NCBI GenBank assembly: GCA_043228905.1 | Contig: JBHGNT010000031.1 | Span: forward strand, 124,001-188,000 | DNA from: Azolla caroliniana | Lineage: Eukaryota; Plantae; Polypodiophyta | Direction: 5' to 3' | DNA length: 64,000 nt | Part shown: positions 13,043-38,000 of the stretch, in pieces | Numbering within the stretch: position 1 is the first letter of the stretch | Layout of the letters: each line of letters opens with the position of its first letter | Program-made: the position numbers and the translations under genes | Notes under the pieces: generated by a model | The model's database searches: none | Told to the model about the DNA's origin: nothing | The model's input: the letters and a program-made list of their open reading frames with translations, nothing else

Positions 13043-13506
13043 TGTTATGTACACATAACGTTGGTGAGGGTAGGTCACTAATATTTACATTAGTGAATGG
13101 TATGTTCACTAATGTTAAAAAGGGGACTAATGATTGGATAGAAGGAATGATAGGTGCATACACTATCATGATTTGGACAACCAATGAATGGAGAGCCTTT
13201 TAGAAAGGCACATCTATTCAAGGGGCCTAGGAAAAGGTATAAATATGAGGCTTAGCTACCCTCATAAGCACATTACGTCGGAAGGTTGTTGTCTTAGACA
13301 CAGGCTAGGCTTTCGTCTCGACGATCGTGCTTATCTCTTCCAAGGTATTAGTCATCCTAATATCCAGCAATATGGGACGTTGGTGGTAGGTTGGCTATGT
13401 CTAGATCATAGCTCGAGGGTGGTTGGGTGGAACGGGTTCTTCTATCCATTCTATTTTCCTTCTTTTACTTTAGTTTGGTCTATTGATTAGTAATAGACTC
13501 TTAACA
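13043..13506 (+). mobile_element. Solo LTR inserted in the 3' LTR of the Copia
   Basis: TGTTA...TAACA termini, TTTTT TSD on both sides, TATAAAT near 13238. Removing it restores the sequence catggtttttcccctatttagggtttc seen in the 5' LTR. Confidence 0.92.
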
Positions 13507-13926
13507 TTTTTCCCCTATTTAGGGTTTCTACGTAACATCTTGTGTACTGTGTATTTTTGTTCTTCTTTTTTTTGTTTGCATATTTTAGTCTATCCTTCTC
13601 AAGAATATATGGTCCTATCCCGTCATCATTCTCCTTTCTTGTGGAGAGGCAAGTTTCCACGAGGACTTTTGTGCATTGGCCTTTCATGGAATGAATCCCA
13701 CAAAGTCTCTTCGCCATAAGCCTCCACGGACGTTGTTCAATTGACGAGACACCCAACCTCAACCCAAATTTGGTTTTCCCTTCATAATGTTTCATCTAGA
13801 ACTTTGGTCTCCTATTTCAACACATCTAAGTCTATTGGTTTTAATTTCATCTCAACTCATACATTCGCCTCTCCTTGAACCCTCTATTTCACTTCAACAC
13901 CAAATTTACATTGAATAATGAAAAGA

Positions 13927-14311
13927 CCACCATCACAAATGGCTCCATCATTGGGAACATTGTTATGTCACCCTTAGAATTTCCTCTATTACCAACCAAC
14001 CCCCTAAGAAATCCAACTCTTTATTGTAATTTCTTACCATACAACAAAATGCAAATTGTCATGTTATGCACTACATGGCACACATGTGAGAGCCTAACTT
14101 GACTATTATTAATACCATCACGAATAGCTCCATTATTGAGGACATTGTTATGTCACCCTCAAACATTCTATTTCCTTTATTACCAACCAACCCCCTAAGA
14201 AAGCCAACCCCTTATTCTTACCATACAACATACATACAACAAATGCAAATTGTCGTGTTATGCGCTACACGTACACTACATGGGACATATGTGAGAACCT
14301 GCTTTGACTAT
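13927..14311. repeat. Diverged tandem duplication, two copies of ~185-200 bp
   Basis: accatcac..acattgttatgtcaccct..ttaccaaccaaccccctaagaaa..aaatgcaaattgtc..atgtgaga occurs at ~13927-14105 and ~14113-14311. Confidence 0.85.
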
Positions 14312-14367
14312 AAAAGGAGTCAGAAGTGCCCTCACAAGGGATATAATGAGATTTATGTATATATAAT

Positions 14368-15134
14368 GAGATAAATAGATTATATTATCGTCTTCGGAGG
14401 TCAAATATGACCTATGAGACCAAAAATATTACATTTCATGTGATACATGTGAAAGTGAGTAGTGACTCTCGATGTTCAAGAACTTTACCAATGAATGTTG
14501 CAATCGAGAGTTCACATTGTGGTTGTGAGAGGAATTCATACAAGGATTGGGCTCGGTTGAAGAGATGTGGAAAGAATGGTCGGATATGATCAAAGGCAAA
14601 GCATTGTATCAAAGTGTGATACTCAGATTCGCGAACTTGTTTAGGGCAAAGCGTGCATGGCCGACCACTCTCATCACTTGTGCCCCAACAACATGTCTCA
14701 CATCGCAATGCATGTGAGCTAAGTCGCATGGAAGCAATGGTTCAAATGGCAGATAACGATATGGGCTCTAACATGTATCGATGTGTACGGTATCCCCGTT
14801 CCGCAAAGAATATGGTCTTGTAGTTAGGTGCAACATGTGTAGTATAATGTGTGAAGCGTGAGCCTCCACATTTGTCCCATGTCATGATACATTGGCTTTG
14901 CAAAAAGGCCTCATTTATAGAGGGATCTAGTGATACATCATGAAGCAAGTGTCTCGCATCCCATCTACCAAACCATTTTTCTATATCTTGCATCCAACCG
15001 GAACACAAAATTTTGCTTTTATGCGTCTTTTGGATCTTTTTGTTTGCTTCCCATGCAATTCTAGGAAGTCGATGTGAGGGACTTTTTTGAACCTTAAGCA
15101 TATATTCAACAACCCTTTCCATGGCCATGATCTC
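14368..15134 (-). mobile_element. 5'-truncated RTE-like LINE (ORF2 C-terminus plus 3' end)
   Basis: Encodes RLSSHALRCE...CTLC...ESEYHTLIQC, homologous to the 47402 ORF (RISSHQLEIE...CRLC...EDEYHFTCKC). 3' hairpin at 14399-14412. Possible AATGAGA TSD. Abuts (AG)n at 15138. Confidence 0.88.
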
Positions 15135-15175
<41 letters not shown>

Positions 15176-16289
15176 GAGGAGGAAGAAGAGGAGAAGAAAA
15201 AGAAATGAACCATGATAAATCTCGATGTTCAAGAGATTTAGTTGCTTGATGATTGCAATGCTCATCTTGTAACAGAAGGGCAAAAGGTTCCAAACTTACT
15301 TGGGTACGTCGCTCACAAGTATTTTGGAAGATAGAAGGGGAAAAGTTATGGTTTACTTATTTACAATTTGTAATAGAAGGGAAGAAATTATGCTTTACTT
15401 AATTACAAAGAGAAGCGCAAAGGTTTGAAACTACCTCGACATGACACTCATAACCACTAGTTCCTTCTCTTCCATCCAAAATCCCAATTATTCCTTTCTC
15501 ACTTTCACATTATCTTCTATGCAAACAACGAAAGACAACATTAAATACGATAGAATACATTAAACACTTCTTATATTTATATTGCATCTAACAAATGTTG
15601 TTAGTCCTAAAGTGCACCCTAAAAAAGGTCGCAAAATAGCAAGTTACATTACCTAAGACTCACCTCATTGCCACAACACAATGGTCAACCAATGTGTTGC
15701 CACTACCCAAGCCAATACCAATGCCACTCACCAAGCTAGAGTTTGGTGGTTGAGACCTTTTGTGCTAGATAACTCCAATGTGGTTAATTTTCTACATGTA
15801 TTACCATAGCCCTATTGTTCGTGGTGGTACTACTGAGGTAAAACTGCATTTTCAACAAGTGGTATCCTAGCATTGGTCAACCATAAAGGGTACAATGAAG
15901 AGCTAGCAAGTAGCACTCTATCCCAAGAAAGAACGTGCTCACCACACCAAAAATTGTAGCAAAGCCTTTTGAGGAATTTCATTGACGTGGGCTCATGTTG
16001 GCTCACGAAGGTATACCAATAACATTTATACCATATTGTTGACATGTCATTAAAGTCATCAAATGATTCATAGTGTAACAGCTCATATAGGAAGATTGAA
16101 AGGGCCTTCTCACCTCAAGGAATACGAGGCTTGTATATCTGTAAGTTTGATGAAGTTGACTTCTCTATATGAAGAATCATATCCTTATTGTTTGCATTGA
16201 GATGCAACAATGAGGCTTGTTGATAAGAAGAGACTTAACATGGAAGACAAGGATTGGTTGGAGTAGAACCAACTATCTATGTCAACTAT

Positions 16290-17270
16290 TTGTCTACAAC
16301 TTGGTGATAGATAGTTGGTGAGATTCCAACAAAGGAATGTGACTCATTTACCACTAACATCAATGAGTTTGATGTCATCGTTCAACAATTGAGGGGATTG
16401 AGAATTAGCTTGGATCTACAAATGCAAGTCTTCATGGTCATGTGGACATTATCCATACTATGGGACGCCTTCTATGCAGTACTCCACATGACTGTGCTAG
16501 AGGATACTCGAGTGTATGCAATGTGCTTCTGAATTAGGAGAGGTCAAAGATAGGTGCACAATTTAGTGAAGTGTACAACATTCGGGGCCCATGCAAGAAA
16601 GATCTAGAATCTGTAAAAGTAGAGGTAGAGGATAAAGAAAATAGATATGAGCCACAATTGAAGCAAGTCCCAATTGAGGACCATGAAGTGTTACAACTAC
16701 CACAAAAAGGTTTGTTGTCAAATGGATTATCAACCCCTATGAGTGGTAGAGTGAACCCTTGTGACAAGCATGTAAAGCTTTTGCTAATCTCATCCTCATT
16801 AATAGGATGTTGTGTCAAGGATCAAGGAAATTGACATCCTATTAAAGAGGATGGAGATGATAGTGAGTCAGACGTGCTCTTAGCTCTACACAACATCAAG
16901 AGATGTTCTCTCCTACAAGACAAGATATTGCAGATATCACAAGCACACCATTCAACATGACATTACAAAAAGTGCAGTTAACAAATTGTAAGATCTACCA
17001 ACTTGAGACTCATATGTGTCTAACTAGAATCAAATCCATAACTTTGGAGAGGGATCAATATATCCAGATTCTGAAGCGGGATCTTTTGGTTGCAAGAGGC
17101 AAAAAGACCACATCACTATACTCACTCAACAAGTCTTAAAAGAGCATTGATTGCAAATCAATCATGGATTGCATTATACAATGGCAGATTAGGACATCTG
17201 TCAAATTTTGGAATGTGCTAAGATTTAATTATTTTCTAGCTTTCTAGTTTTTTGAACACTAATTATAATT
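16290..17270 (+). pseudogene. Highly decayed Copia gag / pre-integrase remnant
   Basis: Fragments INEFDVIVQQL, LLVARGKKTTSLYSL and RLGHLS (GAG-pre-integrase motif). Boundaries are uncertain. Confidence 0.45.
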
Positions 17271-18499
17271 AGACAGAGCAGATGAAGAATGTCTATAACA
17301 TCAATTCTATCCATCACCCAAAATGAAAACAATGACGTTGGCACATAAAACGTAAGCACATCGACAATCAAATCAATTGTTGTCAAAACCTTAAAAGAAG
17401 ATTGTAATCATACTATTTTTATAAAAACTCTGCAGTAAGAATTCTAATAAGTATTTCATTCACTCTCGGTTGTTGATACCAAAATCTAGGTAAGCACGTA
17501 AGCATATAAGAACAATCTACTCCCAATGGTGATCCTGCAATCTAAACAATGGTCCAAGACCTACAGTGGGCAGAAATAGAGGGCCAAAAAATCAATACAC
17601 TCAACGTCACTGACCTACCATCCTTAATATCACCTAGGATATCATGAAAATGCAGACATGCAGATGCATAATACCATGGGCCCTATCTTGACCCCTTCCC
17701 TTTCTATAAGCACCAGCAGATTCATGTTACAAATGGCAAACTCAGGGACAGAGCCCCAATGCCGAATGTCTAATAGTGCCTGTCTCTCCAACTTTGCAGT
17801 TGACATCATCATGTCCATTTTGAGGAGGCATGCTAGAAAGAAACTCATACAATAATATATGTAAACTCATGTTGCAAAGCACAAGCACAAAGCACCACTC
17901 ATTTTGATGGCCTTACACATACAAATGCTAGAAAATATGATAGCCTATGGAGCATTACTGAAAGCCCTAAAGAAGAGACAATTATGGTCATAATGTCATC
18001 ACAAATCACAATTCATATGACAGTACGATCCCAAGTTGGTAGCACTACCTAAAAAAGTTATACAAAAAGTTAACACATGGTTCAATTTTTTATTTGAAGT
18101 TATCAATCTACAACATAACAGAAATTACTTCAAAACATCGACTACTAAAGCATTTATCCATTTATCCGATTCTAGAGTTAATGACCCCATTGCTAAAAAA
18201 AACTGGATATAAAAAAATGCTCAAATAGAATTTACCAATGGATAAGATCATTGTTTGAAACTCCGCTTCAATGCAAGCGAAGTGCTGGAACAGACTAATG
18301 CCATAGAAACAAAACAAACCCCACAACAATGTAATGTACATCAGATGCAAATGCAACACCAAAATTTTCAGCTGTAAACTCCAACGCAGGCTTGGCTGCC
18401 ATAATTGAGCAGCTTCATCCAGGTATTCCTCTAAAATACAGTTCAATTATCCCGTTCTCTCTGCTGAATCTCTGACTAGAATGTATCATATAATTACTT

Positions 18500-29014
<10,515 letters not shown>

Positions 29015-30379
29015 AGCTACACAGACAGAGACAGAGACACAGAGACAGAGACAGAGAGAGATGGAAGCTCTGTTTCCCGCTTGAGATTTAAGCTATGGTG
29101 GTGCAGAGGAATGAGGAAGGAGGCCATATTTGTAAAATACAGATAAATTTAGTTGTAACTAATTTCATTCAATTCCAAAGGCCTATTTATGGGCGTGACA
29201 TCAAAAGCACCCCCAAAAAAATAACGATTTGTTGGACAACTCAAATGCCACACATTGGTCTTTTGGTGGGTCCCGATTGATTGCCTGTGGACCGATTTTG
29301 GCCGGTCTGCCCAGACGTATCGTTGGCCTTCTATATACTATAAGCCCTCCCCCACCCAAGCCCATCGTCTTTGTCACGAGTGTAATTAAATAACTATGGG
29401 TTTCCGGCATTGCTTGTTGAAGGTCGTGGCGTGTCAGGGGGCTGGCTATTCATGATTTCTCATCGGCAATTTTTGTCAGAGTTTGCTTCGAGACGAAGCC
29501 ATGTGTATATACTATGAGCCACAAGGCAATCGATCATCATCGTGATTCATAGCCATGATGCGACGTGTGTGAAAAATAACTAGGTTTTTGGCATTGCTTA
29601 TTGAAATTTTGTGGTGTTGTGAACCTGATTGTTCGGGTCGGTGATGTTGTGGACCATTCGGACCACTTCCATTGCTTAGAATACTATATGGCGTCGCCAC
29701 ATTTGCTAATTCTTTTCGCCTATTAGCTCTTCTCACCATGTCTTGGGATTTTTTTTAATTTCTTTCTCTGAAATTGTGATAGCTTGTAGACAAATGTCAC
29801 ACTCCACGAGCTCAACTCCCATACATGCTTCCAAAGGTTATGTGCTTGTTTTATCTACTATGTGTATTGTATTGCCCTGACAATACAAGTTTGTTTGGCT
29901 CCCAATTTCATCAAAACTTCTTTTGGTGATGTATGGTATATAGATTGTATTGCTTCAAGAAGAAAAGTTTGTATGGCGTCGAATTTCATCATAACTTATT
30001 TCGTTAATGTATGGGATGACAATAATGGTAATATTAGCATTTCTCTGAACCACGAGTTGGTATATTGATCACAAAGTGATAGATGTATAATCCACATTAC
30101 TTATGTACGAGGTAATGTCTCCAACAAACCTCATTATTATTATTATTTTAACTTGTTTGTTCTTCGTAACATTCAATGTGAAACCCTTGTTCTTCATACT
30201 AATTGAGATTCTCTTAAAAATCTCATTCAAAAACTTGTAATGCTTAATGCTACAGTCATTCTACGAATTTCTCTCGCTAGATAAGTGCAACAAGGATGTC
30301 TCAATCCTTTTCTATGTTTCATTGCTACATATCCGTTATTGGTATGTTATCAAATCATACAACTAGTAGTGATATTGTG

Positions 30380-33300
30380 TAGTTATAGCTTTTGTTTGAA
30401 GGATAACTAGTGGTGCAAGTTTTCAAGAATGATCCCTTTATGCTTTTACATGTCTCAAAAGGAAAATGTTGTTTGATATCTCGTACTTAGTTTAAAGATT
30501 AGTTTGGGATGGTAGGAATTGAGGATTAATAGGATTGGAATTTTTTGACATATAGGGTATCCATTAGGAGTTGACGTGGCAAATTCTCAATCAATTGAGC
30601 TGATTGATAGTAAGTTGAAGAATAAGTTTATAAATTGGAAGTGTCAATAGTGGTCCTTTCATGTGCGAGATTCAAAGCGTTGCAATGTATTTTGAAGTCC
30701 ATGCTTCAGTATTCTTTACCATTGCGTCCTTGTACCAAGTAGGCATTACAAGAGATATTGGAACCTCTTTAGTTTTTGGCGAAAGATGGAAACCACATGG
30801 ATTTCATGGAATCATTTAGCTACTCCCAAATGACTAGGTGGTTCGACGATACTAAATTTGGACATCAATTTGATGGCTCATCTTTTTTCATTATTGTGAG
30901 ATATGTTTCTCCAAGAGCAACAATGGATATATACGATGCAACATTTAATTGAGAAAGGCACATTGGTGCATGGAAAAACTAAGATAAATGCACATGGTGC
31001 TAAATCCCAATTGCTCAATGGGCACATCCTCCTTAAAGTTTGACAACTTGTATGCACAAAAGAGTTGGTAACATCGTGTGTGTTTTGAATGGGCACAATA
31101 GAATGGTTTATATCAATGTAAGTCATTATAAAAGGAAAGACTTGTTTCTTCTTGATTACATTGGCACGGAAAGAAAATTTTGAGATTTCAATTAGATAAT
31201 TTGTTTTGGTTAGGGATTGTCGAAGTTGGTGATGTAGTTGGAACCTAATGTCAAAGGTTGTTATAGATTGTTGATACTAAAAGATGGTTGTGTTTTCCAT
31301 CAAAATATGTTTTTATTTGGAAAAATGTGCATAGTTACATGAACGATTGCATATGAAGACAAACCATCAACCTTGGATTGACTAGCACTTGACAAATGCG
31401 ACAAGATTGTCAATGGTAAGCATTGCTCTCATCTAAAGTACACATGGACTGGAACGTAAGCAAGTTTTATGCAAGGCGATAGAAATTGTTGTGTACTTGG
31501 CATTCTCAATTGTTGTTTCAATCATGTTCCAAAATCTAGGGTATTGGTGTTTACAACATCAATGGAATATATGCAATGCTTTCATGTTTGATGGTAGGTG
31601 TGGAGTAAATGTATATATTCAAATGTTAAAAGTCATACTTATGTGGTATCTATGGTCGTTGGAACATATGGAGATTGTTTCATCATCAAGGAATTGAACT
31701 TTTTTTATGGCGTTGAGGAATGCCTTCCACCTATGTACGGAGACCAACAATATATTTGTAAAAATGCATTAGACATACAATTAATTTACTAAGAGAGAGG
31801 GTGGGTGGAAAGAGAGATTATGGCCACTTCATGTACAACTCAAAGTGGAACAATGTATCATGATACCCATGCTATTATATTTTTTACCATTATGCCTTTG
31901 ACTAAGAAGGCATTACAATCATTGTTGCAACCTCTTTGGTTCATGTTGTTGTGGAAGGGAGAAACAATGGGAGTTACATTGGATCGTAGATCTACATTAT
32001 TACAATATACATGTCAACAAGATCAACCATGGATATCTATGATGCAATATTATTGAGCATGAAGGACGGGTGCATGGGAAAATAAAGATTCAAGCATCGT
32101 GATGACCATTGCTCAATGGATGTTCCTATAAAGATTCAATGTTACTATATGGGAGCAATAATTGGTAAGGTCATGGCAAGAAACATTATCGTTTTTTGAG
32201 GTGATCAAGAACTTTGTAATTCCTTACCGCATGAATTGCTCATTTCTTATCGAGTGTTGCATAAGCATGGAAAAGAGAAGTTAAGATCTCAATTCAATCA
32301 TTTATTTTGATTGGGGCTAGTAGATTTTGGGAGATGTAGTTGACATTGAATTTGAAGATGCAAAACGATGGTTATAGATTCCCCCAAATTATGGATCAAA
32401 AGTTGTTAGAATTTGAACATGCGAATTGATGGTTATATATTCCCCCAAATTATGAATTTATTTGGGAGAAATTATAAGATATACCATAATTGCATGGATC
32501 TTTGCCAATGAAAACGAATGTGCACCTTGGGTGGATTGGTAGTTAAAGGATGGTACACATTGTCGTGTGGTGCGTGACACTCGTGCCAAACGTCGGGATG
32601 TGCGCGTCACAAGCGCGGACAAGCACCAAGCCTCTATCCGCTAGTGGTTATGGATGATGGACGGCTGAAGTGACACACTAATGTGGTTAGAGTGAGAGAG
32701 AGAGAGAGAAACATAAATTGAGGAAGTTTTTTTAAGATAGATAGACAGATAGATAGATACACATCACCAATAAGATAACTAAGTTTTCTTATTATTAATT
32801 TTCGATTTGATGCATATATTGATTGATTCATCCATCGATTGATCCCCCCCCCATTACGCAAGCCTTACGAGGGTTTTTATAGGTTTATCTATCCTTCTAA
32901 CATGCACAAAACTATGGGCTTGAACCCATGGTTTTCGGGCACACAGTTTTCCTTGTGGCATGCACAAAACCATAGGCTAAAACCATGGTTTTGTGTACAC
33001 GTTTTTGTCCTATGGAATACTAAATATGAGAAGGAAATATACAAAATCTAAAGCACTTAGTAGTAGCTTTAGTGGTAAGATAATTGCTTCCTATCTTAGA
33101 AGTGCAAGGTTCAAATCTTGCTTGCACCCTTCTATATGCACTTGAATGTCATCAGACCTTAGGCTAATTTTCATATTTATAATCATGTGTATAATGTGTG
33201 TGGAGCCACACTATTTCACAATTTCTCCCATTGGACACAGAACATCACAACAACGTGTTACATGTCACGACAAATATATTGTATCATCATGCAATGACAT

Positions 33301-33970
33301 CATTATCTTGGTTATCACCTAAAGTAGAAAATATGTGGAATGTATGTAAGTTAAATGCAAGGTGGTGGCAAAAATTGCAAAGTGATTGGCATTCCCATTT
33401 GCCATTTTTGTGCAAATGTATTCATGAGTCATGATTGGTGGGCTCCGATTAGGTTTAACCTTAAAGAGACGAGGACTACGATTAGGTACATGCCTTTTTT
33501 GCATTTAGTTGGAGGGCAATACACATAGGTTCATTAAATGTTCTATAGTGCATATTATTTAGAAGTACTTATTGGATATTTGGCAAGTTTTGACCCATTG
33601 TTATTTGAGGCCTCAACAATGGGTTTTTTCTCAATATGTTCAAAATGATCCAAATGACGAGCTAGAGATATTGTTCCAAATTTTATGACATTGGGGATTG
33701 CAACACAATTGGAATATGTGTAATGCTTTAATGTTGATAGTAGGCATGGACGGAAAGCCTACATAAAGAAGTTAATAGGCATTCTTATGTGGATTTTTTG
33801 GATGTTAGAGCATGAGGGGATCATTTATTCAAACACATATTTAGGTTTTCTATTGGCTTTACAAGATGTTCCTCTCCCTACATAGGTAGGTGGTGAAGAC
33901 TAATAAGTTGTAACAAGTGGATTTTACATACAATTAATGTAATTGTGTGCTTTTACTAGAGAGAGCAAGA
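30380..33970 (+). pseudogene. Decayed L1-type LINE ORF2 3' remnants (two related segments)
   Basis: Fragments IGYPLGVD (~30552) and WISWNHLATPK*LGG (~30798) are typical of the L1 post-RT region. 30700-30770 is similar to 31870-31940. Interrupted by the solo LTR at 32561-33252. Confidence 0.6.
32561..33252 (-). mobile_element. Solo LTR related to the 8182 element's LTR
   Basis: Plus-strand termini tgtcgtg...cacaaca. 4-bp TSD ACAT/ACGT. 32870-33250 is the reverse complement of 8182-8600, including the AAAACCATGGTTTT palindromes and the tRNA-like cassette (A box 33064-33075, B box 33108-33117). Confidence 0.88.
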
Positions 33971-35079
33971 GAGAGATTCACATTTGATTTTTGTTATTGG
34001 AGATTGAATTTCCACATGATGACTTTTGACGTCCAAGAATTTTGTGCCTAATGAACATTGTGATTGACAGTACATATTATGGCTAAGGGAGGAATCTACA
34101 TTGGATGGGAGAGAATTGAAGGCTCAGGGAATCCAAACTCGAACATGATAAAACCCGAAACCGAAACCGAAACCGAACCCCTAAACCCCATAGGTCAACC
34201 ACTGTATTTGTGGTGATACTCATATTCATGAACATGTTGGGTACAAAGAGATGCATAATTGACGAGTCTCCTCATCAATGTCCAATGCCACTTCTCAAAT
34301 AGGAGAACTATGAGTGGTCTTGTATGGAAGGCATGGCATGGGTGGCTAATGAGGGATAAGCTCTCATGTATACAAGTGAATGTAGTCTGGCGAAGAAGAA
34401 TGTGATTTCGTAGCTTGGTGCAACACATGCAATACATACTACGTGTGAAGCTTGAGCAACTCAACATTTGAAATATATATCACATGCTTTTGTCAATCCC
34501 AATAATATTTTATCATGCATGCATTATCTATATGAAAATTAACTTGGACTTGAACTCGTTTTATGGTCTTTTGCATATGAATTAAGCTCCACAATATTTA
34601 TGATATCTATACACGTCTAAGTTAGGTAAGGATATAACCTTTTGAAAGTTAGTTTAGTCGAGATCAAATCTGTTTATAAATCAACAAAGAAGTCAACAAC
34701 ATACCAACCAAAAGTAAACCCACTAGAACACCTTCCCACACGTCAGTGGATAACTAGCATAAATGAACAATCAATACCCACATTTATCGTTGATTAATGA
34801 AAACTACCATATTGTGATAGGGAAGATTGCATAACAAAAAATAATTTATGAGTGAATTAGGAAACCTAAGCACATACCAAGGGAAAATATCCAAAGTGTG
34901 CAGGTTTGTGTTTTATTAAATTGAAACTTTACAACATGTCATTTCTTGTATAAAACAAATTGGTACTAGTGTGATACAAACCTTTTTGAGCATGTGGACA
35001 TGGTCAATATGGTTAATAATCAATCATTAATGTTCTCAGACAGTGACTTATATGTATGATGGAGATATTTTTATAGAAA

Positions 35080-38000
35080 TTATGGGTTTGTACAAGTTGG
35101 GTTACATGGGTATGGACAATCAATCAATTGAACCAAGTTGCCTTCAAAATACCAAGAATGGACCGCTTGTGCAATATTCTATTTAGCAAACAACATTAGT
35201 GTAAGTGCCATTTAAATTGTAAAGCAACATTGATTTGGTTTATGAAAAGTATATCTAATAATTGTATAGATCAATGGTATTGTACACTTATTACTTGTGA
35301 ACATTAGCAAATATTTACTCCATTAAATTATATATTGATACACATAGACACGTGAATTCAATTTCCACATACATTGCTAATTACATAGTGGGCAAGGATG
35401 TACATTGTACATGTGGAAGTTATACACGATATGAACAGAAACACACTTATATCAAGTTATTGGTGCTTACATCCCAACAACTCACTTTTTTTTTATTTTC
35501 TAATATTTTGATAGCTCAAAAGTGTGAGTTGGAGGGACTTGTTGCTTTAGGATTATTCACATTTTAATTAATTGTTGCTTTTACGTTCCCAAGACTATAT
35601 TGTATAATTTAATGTATTTTGGGTCTTCATTAAGAATGTTTGTTATGTTATTTATATCTACAATAAATCAGTAACATCGTCATAGTGGTTACAAGTAGCT
35701 TTAACTTTGTGTAGTAGACAATTAGTTGGTGGTCTAATCTCATGGAAATGATGACCTTTTTAAGTCATTAAAATTTGAAAATTTACAGCATTGTAAGGCT
35801 TAGGATGGAAACACAAAAGAATTTTATATTATGGCGGAAATGTGTGAGTAAGATTTTGCTTAGCACAATAAAATGAAAAACATAAAGGCACGTAGGTTGA
35901 CCATGATAAAGCAATTGTGGAAACAACATAAATATCATCATAGTCAAGCGATAATATGGTGATAGATGTTACGACTCTCAACACATCAATAATACCAACA
36001 TACATATGCATACAGAATGGAAAAACATATTTTTCAAGAAAAAATGATCTCAAATGATTTTTACGAAGTGTACACATGTAGATTGGAGGTTAAATTGTTG
36101 CTCTAGCTAGAAGTTGGCCGGTTGCAAAATGGGATACTCAAGTCTTATTTTTAGTATTAAATTCTAGTATTAAATTTGTTGTTTGTACGTTGGGTTTATA
36201 AAACCGTCATAGTCAACATTTCAAGTTTTTTCTTTATGATGAGGCTCGAGTTGTGGTCTGGTCTAGGAGTCAGATCTAATTGGAAAATGGTTAGGTTGGT
36301 TGTTCTATGTATCAAAGCACATACTTGTGTTGTTTAATACTAATCAATTAGTGTCTCTAAACACACAAGCTCATCATAAGTGCATATGTCTACTATTAAG
36401 CATAATCTAAGGTCATAAAGAGGAGGCCATACCTTTCCATTTATTTGTGTTATGCCATTCCAAAGGTTTGCATCTATAGCTTCAGTGTGATAATAACATG
36501 ATACCACATGCATCCCCCAAGCTTTGGATCCTATCAATGGTTGAAGAGCCGATAGCATTGCCCCCCTTAAATTGTCTATACAAAAAACCAAAAAGAATTT
36601 TAATCAAAGCAATAACTTCACAAGCAAATTGAAGCTTTGCACTATGTGAAAACACAAGTTTGGGGTCATATGTGCTATTATATGCGTACGCAATTTTTGG
36701 ATGGAGTTAAAATCACCTTTTATTGTTGATAGTTGGCTGTCAGAGCATGCAGATAGAGATTGTCTACATGCATCCCAATAACCATTTGTATATGCCCCAG
36801 GTGGTGCTAGAATATATTGGACCTAATCAAAGAGCACGAGGAAAAGTCTCACAATGTGTGCATAGCTTTGATCTCCTAACAATAGCACATTTTAACTCAC
36901 TTGAAAACTGTCATATGCTGATTGCACGAAGAATATGGGAACTTCAATGAACCCAAGGTTGTTGTGTGGAAAGAAGCACTATCCAAAGAAAACCCAAAAA
37001 ATTAAATTAAATTGACAAAATGAAAGTTAAGAAGAAGAGAGTGGTAGAGATGGTTGAAATGGGGTACCTCGCCAAGTGACTTACGTGAAGTGCATTCGCT
37101 TGGAAGGGCGATGTTCTAGTTTTCATAACATAAAGAAGAGCAATCAGAGTCCCATAAAGTGATCATATTTCATGCATAAATTTGGTTTTAATAGACTTAC
37201 ATGCAATTGTACGATTGCTTGAAAGAATTCTCGAAATGAATATACACCTGCAATATTTGGTCTACAACCCACATCAAATCATTAGATTTCATATAGTACA
37301 TGTTGAAATTATGTCTCTTTTGATTATGTTGTAATTAGACTTTTCTAAAGGGTATGGTAATGCAAGCCTCAAGGTGTGCTCCACATTTGATATACACAAC
37401 ACACACACACAACATCATAATCATATATCTTGATATGCATAAGAGTCAATGTTGTTCTAGTCATTTATGAGGTTACATGTCCTGCAATTCATCTTTCATG
37501 ATGCATAAAAAAGGACATTGCCCAAGAATGCAACAAAAACAAACCAAATTAATAATGCATATGTGATTATGGATGTCACTATACTACAAATTTACTTATA
37601 AATTTTCAAAGGCTGTTTTATATTACATGTCCATAAAGAAACCTCCATCGGAAAGGCATTTCACATCTGTACTTGTAGATAGTTTACTACGAAATCTATT
37701 GCATTGGAAGAAAGTTGCAGAACCTCCTGCAGAGTCTCCTGATAAGATTGCCTACACTTAATCATATACATGTTAATATACTTTCCATCACAATCTGTAA
37801 ATAAATGAATACTTAATGCTTTCAACATGATCTCTCATAGTCATGACAAAAACATGTAGCTCATTCGACTAGAGCCTTGTAATACATTTTCTGCGTTTCG
37901 TAGGCCTTTATTAAGCAGATCATCAATAACCGCATCCCAAATTTTTTGTCCTCTAAAGTAAAGAGTTTTTTCCTGTAATAAAAAAGGGAAGTTTTCTTGA

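Larger units (their letters stand above)
2333..13625 (+). mobile_element. Ty1/Copia LTR retrotransposon (Tnt1/Tork-like), decayed, carrying three nested insertions
   Basis: 5' LTR 2333-3037 and 3' LTR 12446-13625 both start TGTTAGGAATATG. TSD CCATT/TCATT. Met-type PBS (g)GGTATCAGAG at ~3041. PPT GAAGGGGAAG at ~12434-12443. Gag with CFYCGKPRH knuckle, protease WVIDSGAS, integrase (ERVRSMLSHAKLPKSYWAEA), RT (QLDVK, YGLKQAPRQW, LYVDDM) and RNase H (RTKHIKRRYHW) near 12250. Many stops and frameshifts. Confidence 0.95.

Noticed and set aside
29331-29500. U4 snRNA-like pattern (TATA, ATTGCTTGTTGAA, Sm-like AATTTTTG, terminal hairpin) divergent from HIT4
   Set aside because: There is no plant USE, spacing is wrong and the U6-pairing 5' region is missing. 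The core is repeated degenerately at ~29574-29617, which fits a local repeat better. An Infernal/Rfam search would settle it.
34150-34190. Telomere-like or telomerase-template-like CCCTAAACCC with GAAACC repeats
   Set aside because: A single short motif with no USE/TATA arrangement or array.
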